Shown: positions 7,794-19,129, counted from the whole stretch's first letter. The stretch is DNA of 63,209 nt, filler included, from Desulfonatronovibrionaceae bacterium (GCA_046539845.1; 5 parts of 5 records of this genome joined end to end with filler, not necessarily neighbours in it), one strand, 5' to 3'. Program-made: numbers and translations. Notes: a model not told the origin generated them from the letters alone.

Positions 7794-9998
7794 ATGCCTG
7801 AGAAGATCGGAGTATATATCTGCACTGGTTGTGACATCGGTGAGCAGGACATAGATTTTGAGCAGCTCAAGGAGCACGTGGATGACGAGGTCAGCCCGGC
7901 TTTGATCAAGGAACTTCCTTTTTTGTGCGGCAACGAAGGAGTGGCCGAGATCAAAAAGGATATAGAAGAGGGCAATATCGACGGGGTGTGTGTGGCCGCT
8001 TGTTCGCCTCGGGTGATGTGGGATGTTTTTGATTTTGGGCTGGAGATCCCTGTGGAGCGGGTCAATATCCGCGAGCTGGCCGTATGGTCGTTTAAAGAGC
8101 CCGAAGGTCTGCCCCCGCTGGAGGAGACCGATCTGGAGGCCAACGCCCTGACCATGATGCTTCAGGATTATATTAAGATGGGCGTTACCAGGCTGGAAAA
8201 GACTGCTCCCCCGGAACCGGACATCCCAGAGGTAAGCAAGGCCATTCTGGTTCTCGGCGGCGGGCATACCGGACTGAATGCCGCCCAGGACGCTGCCTCC
8301 ATGGGCTACGATGTGGTCCTGGTGGAAAAGGAAGACAAACTCGGCGGATTTGCGGCCCGGATGTACAAACAGCTTCCGTACAAATTCCCGTACACCGAGC
8401 CCCAGACCCCGCAGATAAACGAATTGATCTCCGCGGTGGAGAACAACGATAAGATAAAGGTCTTGACCGGATCCGAACTGGAAAGCCTTTCCGGATCCCC
8501 GGCCATGTATAAGGCGGTGGTCAAATCCGGAGAGGAGCAGCAAGAGTTGGATGTGGGTGCAGTTGTTCTGGCCACCGGCTGGAAACCATACGACGCCAGC
8601 AAGCTGGACAGTCTGGGCTATGGTAAACTCAAGAACGTGGTGACTAATATTCAGTTCGAGGAAATGGCCGCCGCCGGTTCCATCAAGCGGCCCTCGGACG
8701 ACGCCCCGGCCCGAAGCGTGGCCTTTATCCAGTGCGCCGGACAGCGCGATCCCGAGCATCTGCCCTATTGCTCCTCGGTATGCTGCATGACATCGCTCAA
8801 GCAGGCCGGATACATCCGGGAAAAGGATCCCGAGGCCAAGGCGTACATCTTTTATAAAGACATGCGCACACCGGGCGTATATGAGAGCTATTACCAGGCC
8901 GCCCAGGACGATCCGGGCATCTTTTTGACCAAATCAGAGGTGCGCGAGGTAAGTGAGGGCGAAGACGGCAAGGTCCGCGTTCAGGTAAGCGACACCCTTC
9001 TGGGCGACGAGGATCTGGAGGTTGAGGTGGATATCCTGGTGCTCACTGTGGGCATGGTCCCCACGACTGCCGAGGACACCTTTGAAGACGGGGTTTTAAA
9101 ACTCGGCTACCGTCAGGGCCAGCAGCTTCCGGAGCTGGAGCTCTTCAACGGGTTTGCAGATTCCAACTATATCTGCTTTCCGTATGAGACCAGAAGAACT
9201 GGCATTTATAGTGCAGGCTGTGTCCGCCAGCCCATGAATCTGGCTACTGCGGAGGATGACGCAGCCGGTGCGGCGTTGAAGGCAGTACAGTGTTTGGAGA
9301 GCACGAACAGGGGGATGGCCGTGCACCCCCGCTCAGGGGACCTGACTTATCCCAAGTTCAATATGGTCCGCTGCACGCAGTGTAAGCGGTGCACGGAAGA
9401 GTGCCCCTTTGGCGCCCTGGACGAGGATGAAAAGGGAACACCGCTGCCTAACCCCACTCGGTGCCGCAGGTGCGGGACATGCATGGGCGCCTGTCCGGAA
9501 CGGGTTATCTCCTTTGATAACTACTCCGTGTCCATGCTCAACGAGATGATCGGCCAGATCGAGGTGCCGGAGGACGAGGAGGAAGGCGGATACCGCTTTC
9601 TGGTCCTGGTCTGTGAGAACGACGCCTATCCGGCCTTGGACATGGCCGCCATGCGCAAGCGCAGCTGGTCTTCGTACGTGCGCTTCATCCCGGTCCGCTG
9701 CCTGGGTTCGGTGAACACGCAGTGGATAGCTGAAGCTATGTCCAAGGGCATTGACGGTGTGCTCCTCCTCGGCTGTAAATTTGGTGACGATTATCAGTGT
9801 CACTTTATGAAGGGCAGTGAGCTTTGCAGTCAGAGGATGGCCAATATAGGCGAAACACTGGAGCGTCTGCAGGTTGAGGCGGAGAGAGTGCATCAGGAAG
9901 AAGTGGCCATAGACGATTATAACAGAATCCCGGACATTATTGATGACTTTATCGCGAAAATTGAAGATTTTGGTCCAAACCCGTACAAGGGCTTCTAG
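7794..9998 (+). CDS. qmoB: QmoB (HdrA-like with C-terminal MvhD/FlpD domain)
   Basis: ACSPR, QCAGQRD..CSSVCC, two 4Fe-4S motifs, CENDAYPA and GCKFGDDYQCHF. Confidence 0.95.
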   Translation: MPEKIGVYICTGCDIGEQDIDFEQLKEHVDDEVSPALIKELPFLCGNEGVAEIKKDIEEGNIDGVCVAACSPRVMWDVFDFGLEIPVERVNIRELAVWSFKEPEGLPPLEETDLEANALTMMLQDYIKMGVTRLEKTAPPEPDIPEVSKAILVLGGGHTGLNAAQDAASMGYDVVLVEKEDKLGGFAARMYKQLPYKFPYTEPQTPQINELISAVENNDKIKVLTGSELESLSGSPAMYKAVVKSGEEQQELDVGAVVLATGWKPYDASKLDSLGYGKLKNVVTNIQFEEMAAAGSIKRPSDDAPARSVAFIQCAGQRDPEHLPYCSSVCCMTSLKQAGYIREKDPEAKAYIFYKDMRTPGVYESYYQAAQDDPGIFLTKSEVREVSEGEDGKVRVQVSDTLLGDEDLEVEVDILVLTVGMVPTTAEDTFEDGVLKLGYRQGQQLPELELFNGFADSNYICFPYETRRTGIYSAGCVRQPMNLATAEDDAAGAALKAVQCLESTNRGMAVHPRSGDLTYPKFNMVRCTQCKRCTEECPFGALDEDEKGTPLPNPTRCRRCGTCMGACPERVISFDNYSVSMLNEMIGQIEVPEDEEEGGYRFLVLVCENDAYPALDMAAMRKRSWSSYVRFIPVRCLGSVNTQWIAEAMSKGIDGVLLLGCKFGDDYQCHFMKGSELCSQRMANIGETLERLQVEAERVHQEEVAIDDYNRIPDIIDDFIAKIEDFGPNPYKGF

Positions 9999-10010
9999 GA
10001 GGATTATTAA

Positions 10011-11156
10011 ATGGCTGCAATAAAAGTAGATCCGAATGTAAAATTCATTGAGGAGCTACAGGCCTCTGGTGGTGACTCTCTTAAAAAGTGCTATCAGTGC
10101 GCTACCTGTAGCGTGGTGTGCCCGCTCTCCCCGGAAGAGAAACCATTTCCGCGCAAGGAAATGATCTGGGCCCAATGGGGTATGGAAAACAAGCTGGTTA
10201 ATGATATCGATATCTGGTTGTGTCACAACTGTGGAGAATGCTCGGATTTGTGCCCCCGGGGGGCAAACCCCGGCGATGTCCTGGCCTCGCTTCGGAACAT
10301 GGCCTACAGGTCTCTGGCCAGGCCTGCCGTATTCGGCAAGTGGATGAGTTCCTCCAAGTATCTACCCATCCTCTTTGCTATACCGGCCTTGATTTATCTC
10401 ATCATCTGGGGATTTACCACCGGGCTTTCCATTCCCGGGGGCGAGGTCATATACGGTAAGGTCTTTCCCGGGGACTACACTATTGACCCGGTGTTCGGTC
10501 TGGTGGCTATATTCGTCATATTCTCCTTTTTAAGCGCCATCGCCAAGCTATTGCGCTCTTTTAAGGAGGCCGGGCAGGTTCCGGGCGAGGATGCCCCGAA
10601 CATTTGGGTGTCTCTTTATACGGTGATCAAGGACCAGATCGTAACTCATTCCAAATTCAAGGACTGCGAGTCGAACAAGGAGAGATATTCGGGCCATCTC
10701 TGGCTTTTCTACGGCTTTATCGCCCTGTTCGTGGTCACCAGCATCGTTGCTGTCGGGCATTGGGGCGGAAAACTGATCGGACATCAGATGCATACTCCCA
10801 TGGCCCTGTGGAACCCGGTAAAAATACTGGCCAATCTCGGGGCTATAGCCCTGGTTGTCGGCCTGACTCTCGTAACCAAAATGCGCCTCAATCTGGATCC
10901 CTCCAAGCAGCGCAGTTCGTTCTATGATTGGTATCTGCTGGGCGTGATCTGGGCCGTGGGCATTACTGGGATTTTGTGCGAGATTCTCAGGCTGGCCGCT
11001 TTGCCGGCGATCGCCTATCCCATGTATTATCTGCACCTGGTTACCGTGTTTATGCTTATCGCCTACCTGCCCTGGAGCAAGCTGGCCCATCTGGTTTATC
11101 GTACCGTGGCCTTGGCCTATGCGCATCAGCTCGGCCGCAAAGGGCTCGGCGAATAA
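10011..11156 (+). CDS. qmoC: QmoC (HdrC-like Fe-S plus heme b membrane subunit)
   Basis: KKCYQCATCSVVCP, WLCHNCGECSDLCPR, several TM helices, LPWSKLAH. Confidence 0.95.
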   Translation: MAAIKVDPNVKFIEELQASGGDSLKKCYQCATCSVVCPLSPEEKPFPRKEMIWAQWGMENKLVNDIDIWLCHNCGECSDLCPRGANPGDVLASLRNMAYRSLARPAVFGKWMSSSKYLPILFAIPALIYLIIWGFTTGLSIPGGEVIYGKVFPGDYTIDPVFGLVAIFVIFSFLSAIAKLLRSFKEAGQVPGEDAPNIWVSLYTVIKDQIVTHSKFKDCESNKERYSGHLWLFYGFIALFVVTSIVAVGHWGGKLIGHQMHTPMALWNPVKILANLGAIALVVGLTLVTKMRLNLDPSKQRSSFYDWYLLGVIWAVGITGILCEILRLAALPAIAYPMYYLHLVTVFMLIAYLPWSKLAHLVYRTVALAYAHQLGRKGLGE

Positions 11157-11186
11157 ACCGTTTACAGTTGCATACCTGTGCAGATT

Positions 11187-11218
11187 AAAAGGCCCGCCTC
11201 TCCCGGCGGGCCTTTTTT
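11187..11218 (+). terminator. Rho-independent terminator after qmoC
   Basis: AAAAGGCCCGCC-loop-GGCGGGCCTTTTTT. Confidence 0.85.
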
Positions 11219-11452
11219 ATACCACCTTGATGCGCCAGGTACAGGCCATGTCCTGTCCGGCAAAATTTAGGTGCCTATCGACCCTGCGGCTTGCTTCCAC
11301 TATTTTGCCGTTGCTTTGAGACTTGAATTTGTATATAGAAACGTTTCGACTAGTATAAGGTGTGTCTTAATTGACCGGCAATCTCTTGGTTTTTGGTTCA
11401 CGCCGCGCCTGATGTCCCGTAACAGCAAATTTTGCTAGCAAGGAGGAGGAAG

Positions 11453-12589
11453 ATGCTTAGAAAAATTATTCGACTGGTAACCCTTGGGGCGTTTGTTTTG
11501 GCTTTTGCGGCCTCTGCGGCCTGGGCCGGGCCTATCAAAATCGGCCTTATGTGTCCGTTAACTGGTTCCTGGGCCAGCGAGGGGCAGGATATGGAAAAGA
11601 TAGTTAAACTCCTGGCCGAGGATATAAACAAAAAGGGTGGTCTGTTGGGCCAGGAGGTGGAGATCGTGGTCGAGGATGACGGCGGGGACCCGCGCACTGC
11701 TGCCTTGGCCGCACAGCGTCTGTCCACCAGGGATATAGTGGCGGTCATCGGGACCTACGGTTCCTCGGTTACCGAGGCCACGCAAAATACCTACGATGAA
11801 GCCGGGATCATCCAGCTGGCCAACGGCTCCACCGCCATCCGACTCACCCAGAAGGGCCTGGACAAATTTTTCCGTACCTGCCCCAGGGACGATGAGCAAG
11901 GCAAGGTGGCGGTAAAGACGATTGACGATATGGGCTTCGATCAGGTGGCTATCCTGCATGACAATACCACCTATGCCAAGGGGCTGGCAGACGAGGCCAA
12001 GAAGCTATTGTCCAAGCAGGGCGATGCGGATGTGGTCTTTTTTGACGCCCTTACTCCCGGCGAGAGGGACTACAGTACCCTCTTGACCAAAATGAAGTCC
12101 AACAAGCCAGACGTGGTATTTTTTACCGGCTACTACCCCGAGGCGGGCAGGCTTTTACGCCAGAAAAAGGAAATGAATTGGAATGTGCCCTTTATCGGCG
12201 GGGACGCAACCAACAACCCGGATCTGGTTAAGATAGCCGGCAATGATGCTGCCAAAGATTTTTACTTCCTGAGCCCGCCTGTTCCCCAGGACCTTTTCAC
12301 CCCGCAGGCCGAAGAGTTTTTGGACAGCTACAAGGAAGAGCACGGTTCTGTTCCCGGCTCGGTGTGGGCGGTTTTGTCCGGGGACTGCTTTCTGGCGATA
12401 ACCACCGCCATCAAAGAGACCGAATCCACTGATCCGGATGTCCTGGCCAAATATCTGCACACCGAACTAAAGGACATGCCCGGGTTGACCGGCAAGATAT
12501 CCTTTAACCAGGACGGTGACCGCACCGGCGACCTCTACCGTCTGTATCAGGTAAATTCCCAGGGGGAATTTATCCTGCAGACCGACTAG
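11453..12589 (+). CDS. livK: Branched-chain amino acid ABC transporter substrate-binding protein
   Basis: Signal peptide, IKIGLMCPLTG, EDDGGDP, FFRTCPRDD; AGGAGG RBS. Confidence 0.9.
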   Translation: MLRKIIRLVTLGAFVLAFAASAAWAGPIKIGLMCPLTGSWASEGQDMEKIVKLLAEDINKKGGLLGQEVEIVVEDDGGDPRTAALAAQRLSTRDIVAVIGTYGSSVTEATQNTYDEAGIIQLANGSTAIRLTQKGLDKFFRTCPRDDEQGKVAVKTIDDMGFDQVAILHDNTTYAKGLADEAKKLLSKQGDADVVFFDALTPGERDYSTLLTKMKSNKPDVVFFTGYYPEAGRLLRQKKEMNWNVPFIGGDATNNPDLVKIAGNDAAKDFYFLSPPVPQDLFTPQAEEFLDSYKEEHGSVPGSVWAVLSGDCFLAITTAIKETESTDPDVLAKYLHTELKDMPGLTGKISFNQDGDRTGDLYRLYQVNSQGEFILQTD

Positions 12590-12683
12590 TCTTGCTTTCG
12601 GCGCCGGATTCAGAAACGGATCCGGCGCTGATTCCGCAGGGGGAGTCCGTCCCTGTAAAATCTCCAGGACAGAGAGCAAAAAA

Positions 12684-13589
12684 ATGGAACTGTTTTTTCA
12701 GCAACTGACCAACGGGCTGGCCATCGGCGGGATATACGCGCTCATAGCCCTGGGCTACACCATGGTCTACGGGGTGTTGAAGCTGATCAACTTCGCCCAC
12801 GGAGATCTGTTTACCATCGGCGCCTACCTGGGTCTTACCCTGCTCACAGCCATGGGACTGACAGACAAGTTCGGACCCGTAGCGGGGATTTTGGTCCTGG
12901 CGGTGATGGTCATGGGCCTTGTGGCTGTGCTCGGCGTTATTCTGGAAAGAGTGGCCTACAAGCCGCTCCGGAATGCGGACCGGCTGGCTGCCGTGGTCTC
13001 CGCCCTAGGGGCGTCCATATTTTTTCAAAACGCGGTTATGCTCGTTTACGGGGCCAAATTCCGCGTCTATCCCCACGATATTTTGCCCAAAGTAGCGGTC
13101 AACATCCTGGGGCTGGAGATCCCGCTCATCCGGATCCTCATCCTGGCCGCCTCCATTGTCCTCATGGTCGCTTTGTTTTTATTTGTCCAGAAGACAAAGA
13201 CCGGAACAGCCATACGGGCCTCAGCCATTGATCAGGGCGCGGCTAAATTGATGGGCATAAACGTCAACCGGGTTATAAGCATTGTCTTTTTGATCGGTCC
13301 GGCCCTGGGCGGTGCAGCCGGACTAATGGTCGGTATGTATTACGGGCAGATAAATTTCGCCATGGGCTGGATGTTCGGGCTGAAGGCGTTTATTGCCGCT
13401 ATCCTGGGCGGGATCGGAAATATCCCCGGGGCCATGGTCGGCGGGTTACTTCTGGGGGTCATCGAGTCCATGGGTGCGGCCTACCTGTCCATAGCCTGGA
13501 AGGATGCCATAGCCTTCTTTGTTTTGATCCTGATCCTCATAGTCAGACCTACCGGGCTTTTGGGCGAACGGGTTGCGGAAAAGGTGTGA
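12684..13589 (+). CDS. livH: Branched-chain amino acid ABC transporter permease
   Basis: QQLTNGL..GGIYALIALGYTMVYGVLKLINFAHG; KAFIAAILGGIG. Confidence 0.93.
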   Translation: MELFFQQLTNGLAIGGIYALIALGYTMVYGVLKLINFAHGDLFTIGAYLGLTLLTAMGLTDKFGPVAGILVLAVMVMGLVAVLGVILERVAYKPLRNADRLAAVVSALGASIFFQNAVMLVYGAKFRVYPHDILPKVAVNILGLEIPLIRILILAASIVLMVALFLFVQKTKTGTAIRASAIDQGAAKLMGINVNRVISIVFLIGPALGGAAGLMVGMYYGQINFAMGWMFGLKAFIAAILGGIGNIPGAMVGGLLLGVIESMGAAYLSIAWKDAIAFFVLILILIVRPTGLLGERVAEKV

Positions 13590-13593
13590 GCCG

Positions 13594-14147
13594 ATGAACA
13601 AAAGCTATGTGATTTACGCCCTGTTTGCTGCGCTGATGGTTGTATGTCCTGCTTTTTTGAACCTGTACTGGGTGGATGTGCTGACCAATATCGGGATATA
13701 CGCGGTTTTGGGACTCAGTCTGAATTTTATCCTTGGGCACACCGGTCTCTTTCACATGGGACACGCTGCTTTTTTCGCCGTTGGGGCCTATGCGACTGCG
13801 ATTTTAAATACTTCTTTAGGCCTCCCGGTGCTGTGGCTGGTCCCGGTAAGCGGGGCAGTCGCCGCCCTGTTTGCGCTGGCAGTGGCCCGGCCCATTATCC
13901 ACCTTCGGGGGGACTATCTTTTGATTGTCACCATCGGGATTGTGGAAATCGTCCGCATTGCCCTGGTGAACAATATTTTTGGTCTCACCGGCGGGGCCAA
14001 CGGCATTTTCGGGATCAGCCGGCCGGACCTTTTTGGATTTACCCTGCGCCGGCCGGTCCATTTCTTTTATTACATCTGGATATTTTTGGCGGTTAGCGTG
14101 GTTTTGTTCCGAAAACTGGAGGACTCCAGGTTCGGGCGGGCGCTTAA
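13594..14147 (+). CDS. livM: Branched-chain amino acid ABC transporter permease, 3'-truncated by contig end
   Basis: LNFILGHTGLFHMGHAAFF, LRGDYL, SRFGRAL, then N linker. Confidence 0.9.
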
Positions 14148-14247
14148 NNNNNNNNNNNNNNNNNNNNNNNNNNNNNNNNNNNNNNNNNNNNTTAATTAAT
14201 TAANNNNNNNNNNNNNNNNNNNNNNNNNNNNNNNNNNNNNNNNNNNN
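14148..14247. other. Artificial contig linker
   Basis: N44-TTAATTAATTAA-N44, stops in all six frames. Confidence 0.98.
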
Positions 14248-14248
14248 T

Positions 14249-15712
14249 GAATCAATTTTTGGCTATTCCCTTGCTGAGATCAAGGGAATGAAGACCAATT
14301 ATATATATGAGAACGATACCCAATTTCAAGAGCTTGGTGCGGCTATAAAACAGCATGACCAGTCCTCCTCCTTTATAATGAATGTAAACTACAAGAAGAA
14401 AAACGGTCAGGTCTTTCCCGGGGAAACCGGGGTCTTTTATCTTCGAGACAAAACAGGCAGGATTATCAATTTTATTGGAGTAATACGGGATAGCACAGAG
14501 CGCACACGAACCCAGGCCGCCCTGGTAGAAGCAAAAAACGGAGCCGAAGCAGCCAACCGGGCCAAATCCGAATTCTTGGCCAACATGAGCCATGAGATAA
14601 GGACGCCGCTGAACGGCATATTGGGTATGCATCAGCTCCTGCAGACCACGGAACTGAACCCGGAACAGGCCGAATATGTGCAGATGGCCCGGCAGTCCAC
14701 GGAGCGGTTGACCCGCCTGTTAAGCGATATCCTGGATCTGTCCCGGATCGAGGCGGGCAAAATGGAGCTTATCGAGGAGGAATTCAGTCCGGCCCAGGTC
14801 CTGCGTTCGGCGGAGGACATGTTCGGACTCGCCTCCCGGGCAAACGGCAACTCCCTTGAGACCTGCCTGGAGGAGTCGGTTCCGGACTTGCTTCTGGGCG
14901 ACCATGTCCGGCTGACTCAAATCCTTTTCAATCTGGTGGGCAACGCGGTCAAGTATACCCGGCAGGGGGAAGTGCACGTGAACGCGTCACTGCTCCCCGG
15001 CCCGAATCCGGAATCCTGCCGGGTGTTTTTTGTGATTGAGGACAACGGCCAGGGTATTCCCGAGGAAAAGCTGGAACAGGTCCTGGAGACCTTCCGCCAG
15101 GCCGAGGACCGGGACTCGCCCTATACCCGGCAGCACGAAGGCGCTGGCCTGGGACTGCCTCTGGTCAAACGCCTCCTGCGCCTCATGCAGGGCAATGCCT
15201 GCATCGGGAGTCAAAAAGGCGCAGGGACAACTGTCTATGTCAGCCTGCCCTTCAAGATACCTGCCCCCTCCCGACAAAAAGACAACAAGGCGCAGCAGGA
15301 GAGTAATTGTGTTCTCAGCGGCAGGCATATTCTCCTGGTGGACGACGAGCAGACCACACACTTCTATATCCAGAGGCTGCTGCAGAGGTATGGGGCCCGG
15401 GTCAGCCCGGCAACAGACGGGGAACAGGCCCTGGCTATGCTGGCCAGGGAAAGCTTTGACTGTGTGCTCATGGACGTGCAGATGCCGGTTATGGACGGGG
15501 TGGAGGCCACCCGCCGCATCCGGGCCTTGCGATCCGATTCCAAGGACGTGCCCATCATCGCCCTTACGGCCTACGCCATGCTCGGGGACCGGGACAAATT
15601 CCTAAAGGCGGGGATGGACGACTACCTGGCCAAGCCGGTGGAAAAAGAGGAACTGCTGGCTGCACTAAAAAGAAATATGCGCGTGCAGGCTACAAGTGAG
15701 CAAGATCGCTAA
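14249..15712 (+). CDS. Hybrid sensor histidine kinase (PAS-HisKA-HATPase-REC), 5'-truncated
   Basis: Frame open to the contig edge ([16 protein letters not shown]); [47 protein letters not shown]. Confidence 0.92.
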   Translation, partial: ESIFGYSLAEIKGMKTNYIYENDTQFQELGAAIKQHDQSSSFIMNVNYKKKNGQVFPGETGVFYLRDKTGRIINFIGVIRDSTERTRTQAALVEAKNGAEAANRAKSEFLANMSHEIRTPLNGILGMHQLLQTTELNPEQAEYVQMARQSTERLTRLLSDILDLSRIEAGKMELIEEEFSPAQVLRSAEDMFGLASRANGNSLETCLEESVPDLLLGDHVRLTQILFNLVGNAVKYTRQGEVHVNASLLPGPNPESCRVFFVIEDNGQGIPEEKLEQVLETFRQAEDRDSPYTRQHEGAGLGLPLVKRLLRLMQGNACIGSQKGAGTTVYVSLPFKIPAPSRQKDNKAQQESNCVLSGRHILLVDDEQTTHFYIQRLLQRYGARVSPATDGEQALAMLARESFDCVLMDVQMPVMDGVEATRRIRALRSDSKDVPIIALTAYAMLGDRDKFLKAGMDDYLAKPVEKEELLAALKRNMRVQATSEQDR

Positions 15713-15776
15713 GAACAGCTCCGGCGCAAAGCCGCTGCAAAAAACGGAACAGGGCCGAACCCGGAGCTGAATGGAG

Positions 15777-16505
15777 CTATTTTTCCCCCACCGGACAGGC
15801 GAATTCACACCCCCGGCACCAGTCGGTCACCAGGATGGGAGAACCTTCGGAATCCATTTGCCCGCTCTCAATAGGATGGGCCCGATCGGTATTGAGGCGC
15901 TGGATACAGGTCGGACGGTCATATCGCCCGGGGGCGAACGCGTCTTCAGGGCAGGCTTTGCGGCAGGGCACATCACAGCCCTGGCAGGGACGGAAATCTT
16001 CCAGCGGGCGTCCGGACGGAAGGCTTCCTTCGATCAATACCGCCCGAAGCCGCACTCTGGGTCCCCATTTCCGGTCCAGCAGCAGGTTATTTTCCCCCAC
16101 CACGCCCAGTCCTGCATACACTGCGGCATCTTTCAGATATACCCCGCCCTTTTCCACATGATAGGGCAGCGGCTGGGCGCGAACCCCGTGCGCCTTGGAC
16201 AGCCAGGCTGCTAACTCCTCAGATACCTCCGTCATGCGGCGGTTTCCCGCGGTATTGCCCCGGTCGAACCAGTCCAGCCGGGGGTCGTCTTCCGGATGAT
16301 GCATGGCCAACACCAGGAGAGAGCGGGCGTTTGGTAGCCACGGAGTGGGATTTTCCGAATGGTTGGTCTGCCAGCTTCCAACGGCTTCAGCCTTGTAGGA
16401 AGGTCCGGCCAACACTTCATTGACATCTGCAATCCCCGCTCGAAAACCGTCCCTTTTTTCGGCCTCGGCAAGCAGTTCCTCGGCCAATCTGCGCTGCTCA
16501 ATCAT
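15777..16505 (-). CDS. QueG/reductive dehalogenase-like cobalamin Fe-S protein
   Basis: KDAAVYAGLGVVGENNLLL..GPRVRL, CQGCDVPCRKACP, CRGCEFACP; GAGGA RBS before ATG 16505. Confidence 0.75.
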   Translation of the reverse strand: MIEQRRLAEELLAEAEKRDGFRAGIADVNEVLAGPSYKAEAVGSWQTNHSENPTPWLPNARSLLVLAMHHPEDDPRLDWFDRGNTAGNRRMTEVSEELAAWLSKAHGVRAQPLPYHVEKGGVYLKDAAVYAGLGVVGENNLLLDRKWGPRVRLRAVLIEGSLPSGRPLEDFRPCQGCDVPCRKACPEDAFAPGRYDRPTCIQRLNTDRAHPIESGQMDSEGSPILVTDWCRGCEFACPVGEK

Positions 16506-17143
16506 ATCCTCTCCATTTAAAGCCAAGCCAAGCAAGATAGGTCTGCAAATATTAGAAAGCAGAGATTAATGCCGCTTTTCTTGAATTTAATCATTTGATC
16601 TTTCAGCCGCCTGTTTTCTGGGTCTTGTCATCATGCGGCTGAAAAACACTTTTTGCAGCCGTATCCAGTAAGACCGTCAGAAGGATGCTTTGCACGATAG
16701 CGGTGGAAAAACAAATTTCGACCATGCTTCTTTCTTGAAATCAACCCCGGTGGTGGACAATTTCTGGTCGTTTATACGAGTTGACCCGCTAGTCACTTAC
16801 TCAGGAAACCCGATCGTAAAAGACAAAATTCCGGGGGCAAGCACCCCCCTTTGACAGGGCCTAAAACACACCAGGCCAGTAGTTTGGCACCCAAAATAGC
16901 AGACGGATAAAACTCACATCAAATGTCGAGGATACCAAAATTTTTGCTCAGGGACTAAAATGGCATGACCAAAGGGTCCGGATAGGTGGGTTAATGCCTT
17001 TGTATTGACATGGCCGCACCCGGGCATTACAGAATAAACTAAGATCTGTAAGGGGGAATTTGCATATTTTGCGGGGAAAAGCAACAATTTAAGCTGCTTT
17101 TGCGCTTAAAACACTTCTTTTCGTCCCAAAGGAGGTCGTAACC

Positions 17144-17614
17144 ATGCAAATAAGCACACAAGCATTCTCCGACAAGCAGGAAATACCGGTCAAATACTGC
17201 ATGCCCGGAGCCGGAGGGGACAACATCTCCCTGCCGGTTAAATGGTCTGAGACCCCGGAGGGAACCGAGTCCCTGGCCCTGACCGTGATCGATCCCCATC
17301 CGGTGGCCAACAACTGGATCCACTGGATGGTGATAAACATCCCCGCGGATACGGACTCGCTCCCGGAAGGGGCCTCCGGGAAAAGCATGCCCGCCGGGGC
17401 CAGGGAGCTTGCAAATTCGTTCGGAAAGTCTGGATACGGAGGGCCGCAGCCGCCCAAGGGAACCGGCGAGCATCCGTATGTCCTGACCGTGTACGCCCTG
17501 GACACAAAAGGACTTTCCCTGCCGGAGGACGCCGGGCTGGAGGAGTTTTACCGGGCCATTGACGGTCATGTCCTGGACAAGGCTCAAACTACCGGCATAT
17601 TCGAGCAAAAATAA
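17144..17614 (+). CDS. YbhB/YbcL (PEBP, Raf kinase inhibitor-like) protein
   Basis: NISLPVKWS, DPHP..WIHW, YGGPQPPKGTGEHPY..VYALD. Confidence 0.92.
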   Translation: MQISTQAFSDKQEIPVKYCMPGAGGDNISLPVKWSETPEGTESLALTVIDPHPVANNWIHWMVINIPADTDSLPEGASGKSMPAGARELANSFGKSGYGGPQPPKGTGEHPYVLTVYALDTKGLSLPEDAGLEEFYRAIDGHVLDKAQTTGIFEQK

Positions 17615-17683
17615 AAACTGTCCGCAGATACCGTGGATAAATTTTGTCTTTAACCCCCAACCAAGAAAAAGCTGTACGTAAAA

Positions 17684-18670
17684 ATGCCGGTTTTACCCGA
17701 ACCTGAATACAGTCCTTTGCTCCCGTTCAGAAACGGCCACGTGCACACTATTTATCCCACCTTGTTCCGGCCGGAACCGAGCACTGCGCCCGTGCGGGAG
17801 CGCATAGACACCCCGGACAGGGACTTTCTGGACATAGACTGGCATCTGACCGGGCAGCCTGGAAACAGGACCGCGGCCATAATCAATCACGGTCTGGAAG
17901 GGAACTCGCGCAAGAAATACCCCCTGGGCATGGCCAGACGCATGAACCAGATCGGACTGGACGCGGTGTGTCTGAATTTCCGGTGCTGCTCAGACACGCC
18001 CAACCGCCTGCCCCGGCTGTATCACAGCGGGGTGACCGATGACCTGGACACGGTTATCCGCCATGTCATCCGCCAGGGCTACGAGTGTATTTTCCCCATC
18101 GGATTCAGTATCGGGGGCAATCAGGTCCTCAAATATCTGGGTGAGGATCCGGACCTGGTCCCGGACCAAGTCCGGGGGGCAGTAGCCTTTTCCGTTCCCT
18201 GCGATTTATCCGGATCTGCGGCCAGACTGGACAGCAGCGCCAACCGCTTTTACCTCCCGTATTTCATGCGCGGGCTTAGGCAAAAAATCCGACTGAAGGC
18301 GGAGATGTTCCCCTCAGTGATCGAGGCAAAAAATCTGAACAAGACATGGACCTTTCACGAGTTTGACAACCGCTTCACCGCGCCCATGTATGGTTTTAGG
18401 GATGCAGAGGATTACTATGCCCGGGCCTCCTGCAGGCAATTCTTGAAAAACATCCGCGTCCCCTCGCTTGTCGTCCAGGCTGAGGACGATCCGTTTTTAT
18501 GCCCTTCCTGCTATCCGTTCCAAGAAGCAATGGACAACCCGCATATATTCCTGGAAACACCACGTTACGGCGGACACGTGGGATTCCATCTCCCCGGGAA
18601 GGATAACGTATACTGGTCCGAATACCGGGCCGGGGAGTTTGTGCTCAGTTTTTCCTTTAGGGCGAATTAG
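17684..18670 (+). CDS. YheT-family alpha/beta hydrolase
   Basis: NGHVHT, HGLEGNS, GFSIGG nucleophile elbow, DDPF, GGHVGF. Confidence 0.9.
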   Translation: MPVLPEPEYSPLLPFRNGHVHTIYPTLFRPEPSTAPVRERIDTPDRDFLDIDWHLTGQPGNRTAAIINHGLEGNSRKKYPLGMARRMNQIGLDAVCLNFRCCSDTPNRLPRLYHSGVTDDLDTVIRHVIRQGYECIFPIGFSIGGNQVLKYLGEDPDLVPDQVRGAVAFSVPCDLSGSAARLDSSANRFYLPYFMRGLRQKIRLKAEMFPSVIEAKNLNKTWTFHEFDNRFTAPMYGFRDAEDYYARASCRQFLKNIRVPSLVVQAEDDPFLCPSCYPFQEAMDNPHIFLETPRYGGHVGFHLPGKDNVYWSEYRAGEFVLSFSFRAN

Positions 18671-18769
18671 CCGCAAAATATGCACTGCTTTTTTCCAAAT
18701 AAAAGTCTTTGACTGTTTAAGATATCCCCGCCATTATTTGAATTAAGAAGATAAAAAAGGAGGAAGAAC

Positions 18770-19129
18770 ATGAAATGTCTGTACATGCTCACCAAGGGCT
18801 TTGAGAAATCCGGTGGGGCCACCCGGGCCATTCAGTTTGCCGCCCTGTCCGCCAAGGCCGAAAACCATGTCGAGGTCGCTTTGATCGACGACGCCATCCA
18901 CTGGGCCCAGCTGGGCATGGCCGACGGTATCCGCTCCACCACCGGCGAGGACATGAGCGAGATGATAAGGATGCTTATCGACAACGGCGGTCAGCTCCAC
19001 GTATGCAAGGCGTGTGCGGACAAACGCTATGTAGGTCCGGACGATATCATCCACGGATCCAGGATAACGGACGGACCGGAAATAGTCGCCCTCATGACCG
19101 ATCCGGAATACCGGGTGTTTGTCTTTTAG
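18770..19129 (+). CDS. DsrE-family protein
   Basis: DsrE pattern VEVALIDDAI...VCKACADKR; AGGAGG RBS. Confidence 0.75.
   Translation: MKCLYMLTKGFEKSGGATRAIQFAALSAKAENHVEVALIDDAIHWAQLGMADGIRSTTGEDMSEMIRMLIDNGGQLHVCKACADKRYVGPDDIIHGSRITDGPEIVALMTDPEYRVFVF

Noticed and set aside
16780..16920. Possible c-di-GMP or cobalamin riboswitch upstream of the QueG-like gene
   Set aside because: Only short hairpins and ACAGGGCCTAA; the GGCAAA/GACGCAAA and B12-box elements are missing on both strands.
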